From Podarcis gaigeae (Eukaryota), in the NCBI GenBank assembly GCA_964106915.2, contig OZ066920.1: a stretch of 64,000 nt of DNA; one strand, 5' to 3'. The stretch's first letter is position 1; every line of letters starts with the position of its first letter. The position numbers were made by a program, and so were the translations under genes. Under the pieces are notes generated by a model. The model was not told where the DNA came from, ran no database searches, and saw only the letters and a program-made list of their open reading frames with translations. Below, one piece after another: positions 25,662 through 38,960 of this stretch.

Positions 25662-26014
25662 TATACTCAAATCACACTGTTCCACTGGGCTACATCTTTT
25701 TGGGTAGGGTCAGTCTTTTTGAAATTGACACCTGTCCATTATGGGTTGTAGACATCATTATGCTCAGCTGCATATATACCACTTAATTACTGTTACAGTA
25801 CATTATCAATAACATATTTAATTTTATCTGGCAAACCTAGCCAACCCACATTCAGAAAATGTATGTGATTTAAAGGAATATATTGAAGTAACTAGAATAA
25901 ATGTAAACTTGGCTGCAGATTATATGGTAGTCAAATAATGTTTGTAAAGCTGTAAGTCCCTAACAGTTCAATGCGAACCATGTTTTCTAAGAAGTTCAAC
26001 TGACTTTAAAGATA

Positions 26015-26366
26015 AAGTAAAGGTAAAGGGACCCCTGACCATTAGGTCCAGTCGTGACCGACTCTGGGGTTGTGGCGCTCATCTTGCTTTATTGGCTGAG
26101 GGAGCCGGCGTACAGCTACAGTCATGTGGCCAGAATGACTAAGCCGCTTCTGGCGAACCAGAGCAGCGCACGGAAACACCGTTTAGCTTTCCGCTGGAGC
26201 TGTACCTATTTATCTACTTGCACTTTGTGCTTTCGAACTGCTAGGTTGGCAGGAGCAGGGATCGAGCAATGGGAGCTCACCTCACCCCGTCGCGGGGATT
26301 CAAACCGCCGACCTTCTGATCAGCAAGTACTAGGCTCTGTGGTTTAACCCACAGCACCACCCGCGT
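26015..26366 (-). mobile_element. Sauria SINE (Squam1)
   Basis: Full length, ACCTTT tail, 11-bp TSD CTTTAAAGATA (26004-26014 / 26367-26377). Confidence 0.93.
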
Positions 26367-29111
26367 CTTTAAAGATACTTACTTCCAGATAAATATGTTT
26401 AGAGTTACACTGCATCATTCTCTACTGATACTTCACCCATCCATCCCCATTCCCTGACTAATACTAGAATCCAATGTTTATTGCCTCAGTAGCACCTCAG
26501 CAAAATTGTATGCTGCATCATCAAATGCACTGGATGACAGTAGCAAGCAATAGAATAGAGGAACAGTTTCGGTTAACACAAAATTATCTTGGGCTATCAG
26601 CAATAAATGGAAATAATATAAATTAGAAAAGCAAGAAATAAATGGGATTTGGGTAAAATATTATGCACACTGAAATTTATATATAAGTTTATACTCTGTT
26701 GGAACACGGCAACAGCAATTTTAGATGATGTTCCCTGAACCCCTAGGTGGAGTAAGAGTCTGGGTATCTTAAACAGATATTTTTAATCTTACACAATGTG
26801 AAGATGATTTGCAAATCCAAAACAAAGACATTTTCAGGGAAGAGAGGAAAATGAGATTATTTGATGGTCACAAAAACAGAGGCATAGTAAATAAATGAAA
26901 GAACTAGGTAATCAGAGAACAGGATGGCATTACACTCTGGTCCTAGTTAAAAGAAATTACTACTGATGTCATTATACTGTAAGGGTGACGCTAGATTATA
27001 ACTTTTAAAGTATGGTGGAACTTAGAACAGGAATGCCACAAATCCTCACCACCTGCCACACAACTTAGCCCCCATCGCCTTGGATTTATGCTCATTTAAT
27101 TTGACTGCATCTCTTTAGCAACAAAAGACAAAGAACTGATTTTGCAAGAAATGCGGGTAAATTGGAGAACAAGGATCCTGTCCTATCGTGAGCAGAGTGC
27201 AAGTGATGTAAATGTTATTTGCCTCAGAACTGCATAGGATTGAACCACACCTAGGAAACTGGTTTAAAAAGCATAGGCTGCAAATCCATATTGGAACTTC
27301 ATTTTTGCATCCTAGTCTAACACTCTGATTCTAGTTCCTTTGCTGCTGGCTTGCTGATATAATAGCCACTGATGTGAGGCTGGCCCAGAGCACGATGTGT
27401 TTAAAAATATCTGAAGTGAGTACATCTTTAATAGCACTTGCATTTAATTTACAGATGTGAATTATTGTTCATTAGACAGGGTGGGACACAAGGCTAACAT
27501 AAAGTGACAGGCAGAAGAGAAAGAGGCCCCGAGGTATGTAAGAAATTGAAGCTGACTAGCCTACATGCCTCTGAGGCCTAGCTACTATTTGAACTGAGCA
27601 GAAGAGTATGAGGAAGAGAAGGATTAGAGTTGGGGAAGGCGTGGAAGTTAACAAGGTCGCCTCCGCGGTCATCACACTACGCCATTCCCCATGAAAACAG
27701 CTGTATTGTTCTCCTGATGAGACACAGCAAAAAGTATTTCATTCAAAAGAGAACAGAGGAGAAAAATAACACTGAAACCCCCAAGGTGCCAAATTAAAAA
27801 CCATCAGGGATATGAACTCCCGGTTTGTCAGCTCTAATTAAACCCCATATTAGAATCATCAGCCTGGCTTTAAATCCAAGGTTTTCAACTGCCAACTGTT
27901 TATTCTGATCTAGGGAAATCAGCAGCCTTGCTTTTTCAACAGCCAGCACTGGAGAATAACTATGCAGCACAATGAGTAAGGCCCACCAAGGATGGTGGTT
28001 GTTTTTCCAGCCGTACAGTACTGTTTAATTGTATAATGGAGTTTTGATTATGGTATGTTGTTAGGCTCTGCCTCCGCTGCTGTGGTCCACAGAGAGATCA
28101 TATGTGTGCTTGAGATTTCATCATCCTAAATGCTTTTTAATAACTGCTACAAGTAATAAAATACGAAAAGCCGTAGTTTTCAGCAAATGAAACATTTTAT
28201 GCTGAGGAAGAAGGTATTTCTGGAAATCCAGAATTCTGGTGTTCATACAGTGCTTCAGGCTATAGAAGCTGACACTTCCCATTTTCAACTCAGTTCTGTT
28301 GTTCATGATCCTGCTATCTTAGCACCTACACTACTGAACCCTAACTGTTCTCTACTGAAGTTTTGACATGTGTTTCTATAACCATGGAATGGCATCTACG
28401 GCTTGCTTCAACTACCTATCCATTAAACCTAAGCTGCATGACCAACCTCAAATACTGCAGTAAAATTATATTGTGATGATTGTGTATTTCCTAGATTTGT
28501 TATATTTCACGTGTTGGGAACTTTGACACTCCAGATGTTGCTGAACTACAATTTCCATGAGCCTCAACAAGTATGGCCAATGGGCAGAGATGATGGCAGT
28601 TGTAGTTCAGCAACATCTGGAGGGCCAAAGATTAACCATACATGTTATATTTATACCAATGTATTAGCTGACATTGGCTCTCACTTTGCTCATCTCCTTG
28701 GATGTGCAGGAGCAACTAACCATGGCATAGTGGCATTTGATAATTGACCTAGTGGTACATTTCAACTGGACATTATGGTTGGTTTTGCTCACAGCAAATT
28801 ATGATGTCAAGTCAAGGCTTATTAGCTCTGGTTTGTCTGAGCAAAACAAACCATGATCCCTGGTTCAGACATAACATTGAACCAGTAAAGTGTGTGTCAT
28901 TTTAGGGGGTGAAACTTAATTTTTGCAGATTTCTTCAATGAGTGGTCTTTAAAATATGCTTTTGGGTGTGAGGAATTCAAATTTGCTGTTGTTTTTGTGA
29001 CTGGACAACTTAGCTTGCTAAGTCTAATTGATAAGGAAGCACATAAACTGCTTTTGGAAAACCAAAGAATTTTAAATTTACCTTCTGAAAAATGCAAGGC
29101 AATGTGATATT

Positions 29112-29157
<46 letters not shown>
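29112..29157. repeat. (TC)n(AC)n microsatellite
   Basis: Directly visible. Confidence 0.95.
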
Positions 29158-30281
29158 TGCAAGTACTAGGTGTTCATGAACAGTCAAAAGCTCTTTTAAA
29201 GCCACCCATCACCAAATCCTATGGCAGATAAGTTCTGTGCATTTGTCAGCAGTGTGCTGAGAATACTCTTCTAGAATCTTGGCGATATGTATGGAGTACA
29301 AGTTGTGGGTGAACCTGGATTTATAAAAAGTGGTTATAGTCTAGTAAAAGGAAGTAGCTAAGGAGCGGTGTGCGTTTTAGCTGCCTGCTGAGAATAAAAA
29401 ATTCTCAAATTGCTTTGAAGCAATGGAGTACAGCTGAATATGTTAGTACTTGGGCTGCAGTCCTGTGTCAAGGACTGAAAATGTGAAGCCCATTAAAAAA
29501 AAAAGGTACATAATCAGGCCATAGGACACTCTATATAATTATTGATGTGAGTTGTTTCACTGGCAAATGAGCTTGTAAATCCAGCACACAGACCACACAG
29601 CAACATTGCAAATTGTGGCATTTACTGATGAGGCAACGCAGACCAGGGCACTGACCTAGTGTTTAAGTACTATTGTGAATGATCATTGGATATAGTGTAA
29701 CTACATCAGTATAAAGCAACAGATGTGGCAGAGACATGGCTGGAGAAAGGCAGAAGGTTACTTGACTGGCAACAACTCACTAATAAAGGCATTTTGTCGA
29801 TTACACAACCACCCTAGATGCTGGATATACACATGCAACCTGTTAGAACAGAAATAGATACACATCGCAGGACAGACTTGCCCCATTTGCCTCCTATCAG
29901 CTATTGTTGTAGTTCTATTTACTTAAATAAATACACAACAGATCAGTACAGCTACACTCATGTATAGGACAACAGCAAAGGGGTTTACTGAGTTCAGCAG
30001 CTCTGATGAAGCAAGCAGGCTGGCTGGCTTCACCCTTTTTGTATCCTCCAATAATACCTAAAGAGATAAGTTCTGTTTTTGTTTTTTTAAAATAAGGCAA
30101 GCAGTCATGCAGAATATCACCAGATTCAGTCATATGCCAATATTAAGTACAGGGTATGCAGTGCAGGGAATCTTACTTATTAGGAAGTTCTCATATTCCA
30201 TTTGGGAAGCAGAGTCAATATAAGAGCTTTCCCTCTAGCAAATCCCAGAGACACATCCTTCAGATCTGCATAGTGACCATA

Positions 30282-30520
30282 ATTTATTTTATGTATTAAT
30301 TGCATTTATATCCCACCTTTTCCCCCAACGAGCTCAAGATGGCGCTCATGGTTCCCTCCTCCTCATTTAATCCCCACAACAACCCTGTGAGGTAGGTTAG
30401 GCTGAGAGACAGTAACTGGCCCAAGGTCACCCAGTGAGCTTCATAGCCAAATGGGGATTTGAACCCTGGGCGTCCCGAGTCCTAATCCAGAACCCTAACC
30501 ACTACACCACATTGGCTCTC
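30282..30520 (-). mobile_element. Older Squam3-type CORE SINE with A-rich tail
   Basis: tRNA-like head, CORE-like CTCAGCCTAACCTACCTCACAGGGTTGTTGTG, TSD ACCATA (30276-30281 / 30521-30526). Confidence 0.85.
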
Positions 30521-31141
30521 ACCATACATACACAAAAATAATCAGATGCCATCAACGCCATGTTAATTATTTCAGGAGCTGTTTTGGTCCTATAATAAAT
30601 ATTATATAAAAGCTGTAAATAATGGTATAAGGAGGATGTAGCATTCTTAAGAATGGCTTGTTATAATGACCTATTTACCACTTAAAATTTGCTTTGCATT
30701 CTAATAATGAAAATTCTGAAGGTAAAAATTAGTATCTATTGGGACTGTAGATGCTTAAAATAAGTTCCACCCAGCTGCACAAGGTAATCTTAGAGGTAAG
30801 ATGAACAAATCTAATCATGTTGAAAAGAAACAAAAAAAAAAGGGGGGGGGGGATTTTATTTATTTTATAGTTCATTTCATCATTTTGCTAAGGGAAAAGT
30901 AGATGTGCTTAAAAAGCTCCACCCACTCTCTCTTACCCTCATCCACATGCAAACATTTAAACTTTAAAGTATAATTAGCAGTAGTGTAATAACATGCTCT
31001 TCTGGAGAACCAGGTGTTCTTATTAGCATTTTGCGTATTAAAATAAATTCCTATTTGCATTTCAACTGGGGAACAAACACAACTCTAAAGTGGAAGATAA
31101 GATTAATGATGGTAATTCGAATTAACCAGTGGCATACTTAC

Positions 31142-31222
31142 AGTTGCATTTCTTCTGTACAAATCTAAGCTTGCATGCTGTTCTGTAGGTGGATAAACGG
31201 ATGCGATCCAGATCTTGAGCCC
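31142..31222 (-). CDS. DTNA: DTNA coding exon 2 ([28 protein letters not shown])
   Basis: 81 nt, ccactag| acceptor, |gtaagt donor, in frame with both neighbours; conserved dystrobrevin motif. Confidence 0.97.
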
Positions 31223-32964
31223 CTAGTGGCAGAAAATTATGCATATGCTATGATAGTTGCAATTTGTGCATGTACCTCACAGACAAAAGAGAGAAAACAA
31301 AGAAATGTTCCCTTCAGCATTTTCAAGGCTGTCTTTTCTAACTAGAGAGAATGGGAAGAATGCAGTGTTAAAAATAGTTTAGCAGTGGATAAAGAATAAA
31401 CCTTCTGTATCTGTCATTCAGAAAAAAAACACACAATCTGATCTAACCACAGGCTAAAAAAACAAAATGGCTGTGCTCCAATTCTAGGACAACACTGTGT
31501 AATTTTAATATTTAACTATGAAGTTTACAACAAATACCCACAACTGATGCGAATCAGTTCAGAATAAGATATCAGACATGCAAACTACTAATCTATTTTA
31601 GCTGCAAACCATATATTTAGGGGTAAGATTTGTACGAGGAGGTAGGAGTACAAAATAAAAAAAATTACGGGGCAAATGGGAAGGAGGGTCATGTAACAAC
31701 CTTTCTGGAAGCGTCTTGTATTTGGATAATTGAAAGTCAAAAGGTAGGCCTCTGCTACCTTTTCATTCAGCCAAATTTAGTGGTTTTTAAAGTGTTGCTG
31801 TTTATAAAGCTGCTTTGCATATGCATGTGAGAGAGGAGACTTCGGACAGCCAGTTTGAGCAATTGCAGCTGTGGGGAAAATATGCAAAGTCGAGCTGAAT
31901 GAAGCTGGGAAGCGTTATATTTAGCTGATTTGCATGACCCTACAAAAACACAAAAAGCCTTTCCAAGAAAACTTTTGTAAAACTAAAAAAGACAGGACAA
32001 ATTCTGAATGCACTAATGACATTTAACAAGTTCTGATTGATTGATACTCTCCTGAGAAAAAGATCACAGCATGTGCACATCACGATACTTCAGGGAACAG
32101 ATCATAATGAGAGATTGGAGACAAATCAAGGGGAAAGTTCTGTTTGTGTGTCAAGAAGAAATTGAAAGACTTATCAAAGGATCTAAAAAGTAAATAAAAA
32201 TGGTAAAATGAAAAAGCCCCCTCTATTTTGGCTTTATGATTATAGCCCAGGAAGCAAATATGTCCGGCCATGAAATTTCAAGTTTCCATGTCAGGAAAAA
32301 GAGAGAAAGAAGCACCATTATTTCTCCCCTCTCTCAGTTCTGCTCACTACACATTTTGCTTACTTTTCTCCTTTCTCTTCTCCATCTGCCAAGCATTCTC
32401 AACTAGATCCTTTTACCAATTGGCTGCTTGAATGCCATCTATCCCAGCCAGAAGTTTCCTTGAACTATTTACCGTCTCATCTTCAAAGTTTTTCATTTTC
32501 CCACAAGATGGTTTATCCTTGGTGGACTAAGACTTTGCTTGGAAGACCCCTTCTAGTGGTCCCAGCTGTTTCCCTCAGCTCAAGTGACAAACACAGCGCA
32601 ATACTCAAATTTACTTTCCTCCTTCCTCTTTTTTTTAAAAAAGAAACATTCCCATTCCTATCAAGAGTCATATATCCATTCCTCTCCCATCTGAGCTGCA
32701 AGAGTAAGTGGGAGGGTGGTAGCAGCAACTACCACAGAGTATGACCCACCGGCAGCAAGAAAGTGGGTGGTAGAAGCTTCTCTTGAGTGTTCCTCCATCA
32801 CAGGAGCAACTCCCTTGTGAAGAAAGGTCGCAGTGTTTGGGACATTTTAGTTGAGAGGAAAGGCGAGTAAGAAGTGACACGATGGAAGTTCTCCACGGTA
32901 TGGAGAAAATGAATAGAGAAAAGTCTTTCTCACACTCTCGTAACACTAGACCTAGTAGACATCT

Positions 32965-33330
32965 ACTGAAGATGAATGTTGGAAGATTCAGGACAGTTAA
33001 AGGAAAGTACTTCTGCATGCAGCACATGGTTAAACTATGGAACTTGCTCTCATGGCGTTGATCACCAACTTGGATGGCTTTAAAAGATTAGACAAATTCA
33101 TGGGAGACAAGGCTATTGACAGACACTAGCTATGATGGCCATGTTCTACCTCCACTGTCAAGAGTCAGTATACCTCCGAATATCAGTTGGTGCGAATCAC
33201 AGGTAGGCAGAGTGCTGTTGTCCTCAGGTCCTGCTTGTGGGTTTCCCACAGGCATCTGGCTGACCACTGTGAGACAGGACGCTGGACCAAATGGGCCATT
33301 GGCTTCATCAAGCAAACTCTTCTGTTCGTT
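32965..33330 (+). mobile_element. CR1 LINE 3' fragment
   Basis: Decayed CR1 ORF2 end (CTATGGAAC...GGATGGCTTTAAAAGATTAGACAAATTCATGG) plus 3' UTR; similar to the 38.4-kb copy. Confidence 0.75.
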
Positions 33331-34128
33331 ATCTGTCAGCCAGATACCCGATTCTGCCTAATGATTCTGTTTGCTTATCACTCAGTTGTATTACTGAATG
33401 AGAAACCCATGGTAAAAAAGCAGCTTTTGTTGGCATACATCCAGAAACAAAAAGGATTGTGATTTTTGCTTCTGTCCCAGATGAATGTAGTTTTGTTATC
33501 ATTGTTATTTGTATTTTGGCTACCGCTCAACATTTTTTCCTACAAATGAAATACTTCCGATCTGGATGCTGAAGAATAACGAAAAGCAAGTTATCAGATG
33601 AATAAGCAACAATGTAATTTTTTTAAATAAAAAAAAATGGTTTCATGTGCCATGATGATTAACAGTTTGTAGACAAAATACAGTAATACACTGTAAGAGC
33701 TGGCTGGTATTTTGTGTTCAGCAGAACTGTATTTCTAATAGATAGCATAAGCCAGCAGCAACTTAGAGTGGATATATTCACTTTTCAACATATGTATCAG
33801 GAAACATCTGTCTCTCCTATTATTATTAATTAGGTGCCAGCTCAATGGAAGGTGTTCTGTTTATTAGAACCCCTCATGGCCTTTGACCTTCGTGCCAATT
33901 ACAATCTTGTCTTTGTACATCAAATGGGGAACAGTGATGTGTAAAACGTAAGAGACTATTGTTGGCAGATTGAAGAGTGTCCTCTTTGCAGAAATAAAAG
34001 ATCAGCCATCATGGACTATCTTCACCAGTAACTTCTGCATCACATCTTAAACTCAGTTAAGTTAAGCTCATTCTGCTGAAACAGGGTTAGTCCCAACTGG
34101 CCAGGGTTCAAGCAGCAGTGTTCTAGCA

Positions 34129-34266
34129 GAGCCTGGATAGCTCAGTAGGTTAGAGCATGGTGCTGATAACACCAAAGTTACAGGTTTGATCCCTGTACGA
34201 GACAGCTGCATATTCCTGCATTGCAGGGCATTGGACTAGATGATCCTCAGGGTCTCTTCCAAATCT
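34129..34266 (+). mobile_element. Squam2-type SINE (tRNA-derived head plus CR1-like tail)
   Basis: TAGCTCAGTAGGTTAGAGC A-box, degenerate B-box, GGACTAGATGATCCTCAGGGTC tail. Tail-only fragments also occur at about 22430-22495 (-) and 41730-41790 (+). Confidence 0.8.
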
Positions 34267-34670
34267 GTGTGAAACTTGCTAAATCAAAGACAGTGGAAAC
34301 TGCCTTTTCCCATATCCATTCACATTCTATTAGGAGTAGATCTAGATCCTCTTCTACCTCAGGAGTTCCCAAACTGTGGTCTATGGTCCACCAGCGGTCC
34401 ATGAGGTTCTCTCAGGTGATCCGTGGCATGTCTGCATTAAATACTGATTTCAAATAGTATTTTTATTGCTTCTTTTATTGTATTACAATTTGAATTCAAC
34501 CAGAAACCATACAGCATTTAGCACAGAGCATTACCACAGCTACAACAGGCAGAGAAATCATTAAGTGGTCCACCAAAACCATAATCAATGTTCATGTGTT
34601 CCCTGGGGAACCATGGCTCTAGCTTATGTCAAGCTTTACACAGACCTAAGCTGTAAGTTAGTTGAAGTTA

Positions 34671-35034
34671 AAGGTAAAGGTAAAGGTAAAGGGACCCCTG
34701 ACCATTAGATCCAGTCATGACCGACTCTGGGGTTGCGGCGCTCATCTTGCTTTATTGGCTGAGGGAGCCGGTGTACAGCTTCCGGGTCATGTGGCCAGCA
34801 TGACTAAGCCGCTTCTGGCGAACCAGAGCAGTGCATGGAAACGCCGTTTTACCTTCCTGCCGGAGCAGTACCTATTTATCTAATTGCACTTTGAGGTGCT
34901 TTCGAACTGCTAGGTTGGCAGGAGCAGGGACAGAGCAATGGGAGCTCACCCCATCGCGGGGATTCGAACCGCCGACCTTCTGATCGGCAAGTCCTAGGCT
35001 CTGTGGTTTAACCCACAGCGCCACCCGCATCCCT
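34671..35034 (-). mobile_element. Sauria SINE (Squam1)
   Basis: Full length, (ACCTTT)n tail, 13-bp TSD TTAGTTGAAGTTA (34658-34670 / 35035-35047). Confidence 0.94.
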
Positions 35035-36301
35035 TTAGTTGAAGTTAGGTCCCATTTAATTCTAACCTCAGCCAACTTTGTCTGGATCCAACCCATTGCA
35101 ACATTTATTTAAACATAGTACTGTCAGCTTCAGGCCCTTGTGGTCCTTGTTCCTAGAAGGTAAAGGTAGCTTTACTCTGTAAAGCAACCAACATATTGGC
35201 ATCTAATCTGGCAAAAGAGGAGAGACCCCCTTGATTAGCAGTCAGCTCATCAAGAATCTCAGCTTCTGAAGCTCTCTACTTCTCGAGAGCTTCTTTGGTT
35301 AACTATAAAGCAGTTTTTTAATGTATGTTTATAATCACCAACATTTGCAATCACCCTAAATCCAACTTGTATTATCCAGTTTTATACATCATGGTTCTGT
35401 AAAGACCTGCTGGATTGAACTATATAGCCAAGGTTGCCTCACGCTCTCTGGTAGAGACCATTTTGAATGGAGAAAAAGTGATAAAGCTTCACTTTTCTCC
35501 TAATATAAGTGAGTACAATGAAGAGACTATTGGCTTTGACTTGAAAGACGTGCATATGACTTCCACAGTGGAAATATAGGCTAGGTTCTGACTTTTCACT
35601 ATATTTCAGCTTCAATTGCTCATTTGTGAAATGGAAATAATCATGATCAACTTCACACGTCTGATACAAAAACCAACACAAGGTTTACAAAACAGTTTAC
35701 ACACTAGGATGACAATGCTCAGCATATTTATTTGAAATTAAAGTTGCATCGAGGGGTTGGCACTTGTCATTCCTCAGTGGCAGAAAGCATTTCTAATCAG
35801 GACAGTGTTAACATACTTTAATTAAGAAAATGAAAACCGAGACACTTTAGTAAAGCTAGGAAGATTTCAGTCTAGGGCTCAAAAGTACAGGGCATCCACA
35901 GTAAAGAGGATCACCAAATATGCTTGACATTTGATGCTGTAAATGAGAGCCAGTGCTTATGATTGCTCACACTCCTTTTCCTCTCCAAGCCCTCTCCCCC
36001 CACCCTCTCAAATCTCCTCACCTTGGATCTCTTAGCAGTAACTGATATGGTAGAAAACCAGCTTTTAAATAATCCACAGAACTACAAAAAGACAGCATTA
36101 GGTCAATTAAGTACACATTCTTGCAACTTGCCTCACACTAAAAGCACTTTTAAAGCACTTTAAAGCCACTGTTTTGCAGAACAACTGCCTATTTGCCCAA
36201 GGCACAAATCCATACAATATTTACCAAAGTTACATTCTGTCTTGCTGGTCTTTTGCAAGAAAAAATTCATCTACTGGGGGAAAGAATGCCACAGTACTTA
36301 C

Positions 36302-36368
36302 GCATTTCTGCAAACAGCTGTCTCCTTTCTGCCATGGTGGTTCCTCTTTTCCCACAGTCTTCAATCAT
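36302..36368 (-). CDS. DTNA: Alpha-dystrobrevin, first coding exon (MIEDCGKRGTTMAERRQLFAEM-R); the exon is 36302-36369 including 1 nt of 5' UTR
   Basis: Translation matches the dystrobrevin-alpha N-terminus. Acceptor ttgtctag|A-ATG, donor |gtaagt; 67 coding nt, phase 1. Not present in the ORF track. Confidence 0.97.
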
Positions 36369-36772
36369 TCTAGACAACAAAAATATTAAACATATCTTCA
36401 GAATCATTCATAAGCTGAACACATTTGCAAAAATGTCTGAAATGTTCCAGTGTACTATTTCCCCCCTGTTATATATCCAAAGAACACTGGGGATATCTTT
36501 GTCAACAATGTATGATTTAGATTTTGCCCTCAAGCACCTCCTTTCTTCTAGCATTGTCTCTTCCAAAGAATAATGTTTGGTTCTGTTTGAAAGTATCAGT
36601 GCCAACTTTTAAACATACCATTTCATCATTTTCCTCAGGGTGCCTCTTGTTTTAAGATGAACTGCTAAACCCTTTTCACAGGCAGTCAATGTGAAATACT
36701 GCATTTGAGTTGTCCCTACTAGGCTTTTTACCATGGGTTGATGTCTATTTTAAACAGATAATATTTTTTCTA

Positions 36773-37012
36773 CAGTGGTACCTCGGGTTACAAACACTTT
36801 GGGTTACAAACACTTCGGTTACAAACTCCACTAATCCGGAAGTAGTACCTCGGGTTGGGATCTTTGGCCTAGGATGAGAATGGAAATCGCGTGCCAGTGG
36901 TGCGTCAACAGCAGAAGGCCCCATTAGCGAAAGCGCGCCTCAAATAAATAACAGTTTTGGGTTAAGGACAGACCTCCAGAACGAATTAAGTTCGTAACCT
37001 GAGGTATCACTG
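36773..37012 (+). mobile_element. Tc1/mariner-pogo-type MITE, related subfamily
   Basis: Same TIR and internal GGCCCCATTAGC segment; internal repeat unit differs (TTACAAACACTT). Confidence 0.85.
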
Positions 37013-38384
37013 TTTTATAAAAATGTGAGGAAATTTGAAAACCATACAGTCTTGAAAAAGGGCAAGCTTCCTTTGTGGTGACCATTATAGCAAGAATGAC
37101 TGGACAGAACACATTGCTGTATGTTGAAATTTGCTGACCACATGGACTTAAGACAGGGGTTGAGGAACCTCTGAGTCAAAGGCCAGTCTTGGCCTCCCCA
37201 ATTCTGGTAAGGATCTGGTTCACAGAGCCAAAAATGTTCCCCACTTGACTTAAGAAAACATGAACAGAAAATTATACTGCAGCTGGCTTCAGCTCTTGCA
37301 ACTATCTTATCTAGAAGAAACTCCAGAAGGATATTAAGGATGTAACATTTTTATGTTTATGCCTCCCAGTAGCAGATTGGTGCAGATAAAATAAATTCTG
37401 ATACAAATAGATGATGCTGTACTCATTTTAGCAAAGTCATGTCTCCTTATTTCTGACCTGAATACAAGCTGGTGAAGAGGAGGTTAAGTTACTGTGTTGG
37501 GTGAAACCACATTTGCAAAGTTACCAAGTTCAGCAATCCTTGAAGCTAATAGCTGAAATGGAGAAAGGTTATTGCAGAGCCCTACTCGCCTTAATGGATT
37601 TACAGCTGCATCGTGAATCCCTTGTTACATTTCTTCTAATAAAACATTTCTCTAGCAGCAGTACATTTCTCAGCTATACATTTCAGCATTTCAGCACTAA
37701 TCTTTGGCAATATCATAAAATTGCTGCCTGCTCTTTCCTAAGGCTACTTATAATTGCAATGCACTTATAGCATTTGTTTGCACTCATGTAGATGAACTAC
37801 CTATGGTTTTGTGAGGGGGGGAGAGCTGTTAATCCACACCAAGTATAACAACTCAGTAACTGACTCCTCATGTTTTGCCTTGTTTTTCAAATATCTACAT
37901 CTTACAAAAAATGAAATTTCATCTTCATGATTCATCTGTTCTATCAAAATAATATAGAGACAATCCCAGCAGGTTCTTTCCATTATACACACTCTTCCAG
38001 AGATTCTGTAAGATTTGAAGATTGGATTGAAAATAATGCTTTGACCTACTTGTGTTGCTGGTAATAAAAGCAGCATTTATTTTTATTTCACTATAAACTA
38101 TTTTATGTCAAATTCACATGTACCCAATCACAGGTCTATCACGTCCCATTTTAAGGTATTTTTTTTCTTTTACAGAAGGTCACACTGAAATTCTACACAT
38201 TTGATAGGCTTTTTACATACATTCTTAGTGTATTCCATGCATTTTCCTTAAAATAAGCATTTCTGTGCACATGTCTTAAACCTGAAACTGCACTGCAAAA
38301 TTCTGAGAAGTACATGATCCGATTGATTCTGATCTGCATCTGAAACTGGGACTGGTAAATAGGCCTATTCTCTTTGGACCAAGT

Positions 38385-38960
38385 AGAGCTGGAAACAGTT
38401 CAGGAAAGGGGCACAGGATCAAGGCGCTTGAGCAATTCCTGTATGTGGAAAGGTTACAACACTTGGGGCTTTTTAGTTTAGGAAAAAAGGTGAGAAAGTG
38501 AGCACATGGCAAAGGCATCTAAAAGTATGCATGGTGAGAAGGAATTGGATAGAGATAAGTTTTTCTCCCTCTCTAATAATACTTGACCCTGGGGGGGTGT
38601 CATCCAATGAAGCTAAACATTGGAATATTCAAGATAGACAAAATGAAGTACTTCTTCACACAGCACGTAGTTAAACCATGGAATTGGCTACCACAAGAGC
38701 CAGTGATGGCCTCCTTTAAAATGAGGTTAGATAAATTAATGGAGGATGAGACTGTCAAAAGTTACTAGCCATGATAGTTGTGTGCTACCTCGAACACCAG
38801 AGGTACTGTGCATCTGCATATAAGGGAAAGTGCTGATGTGCTCATGCCCTGCTTGGTATAGGCTTCTCATAGGAATCTGGCTAGTCACTGTGAGAAAAGG
38901 ATATTGTACTACATAGAACTTTGATCTGATCCAGAAGGACTCTTGAGGTGTTCTTATGAG
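38385..38960 (+). mobile_element. CR1 LINE 3' fragment
   Basis: ORF 38583..38768 (KYFFTQHVVKPWNWLPQEPVMASFKMRLDKLM) is the CR1 ORF2 C-terminal motif; followed by 3' UTR. Confidence 0.85.

Noticed and set aside
31216-31231. CTCF-like motif across the exon 2 acceptor (CCACTAGGGGCTC)
   Set aside because: One base short of the core spacing and explained by splice and coding constraint.
34135-34205. tRNA-Ile-like sequence
   Set aside because: Degenerate stems and B-box, continuous with a SINE tail; it is a SINE head, not a tRNA gene.
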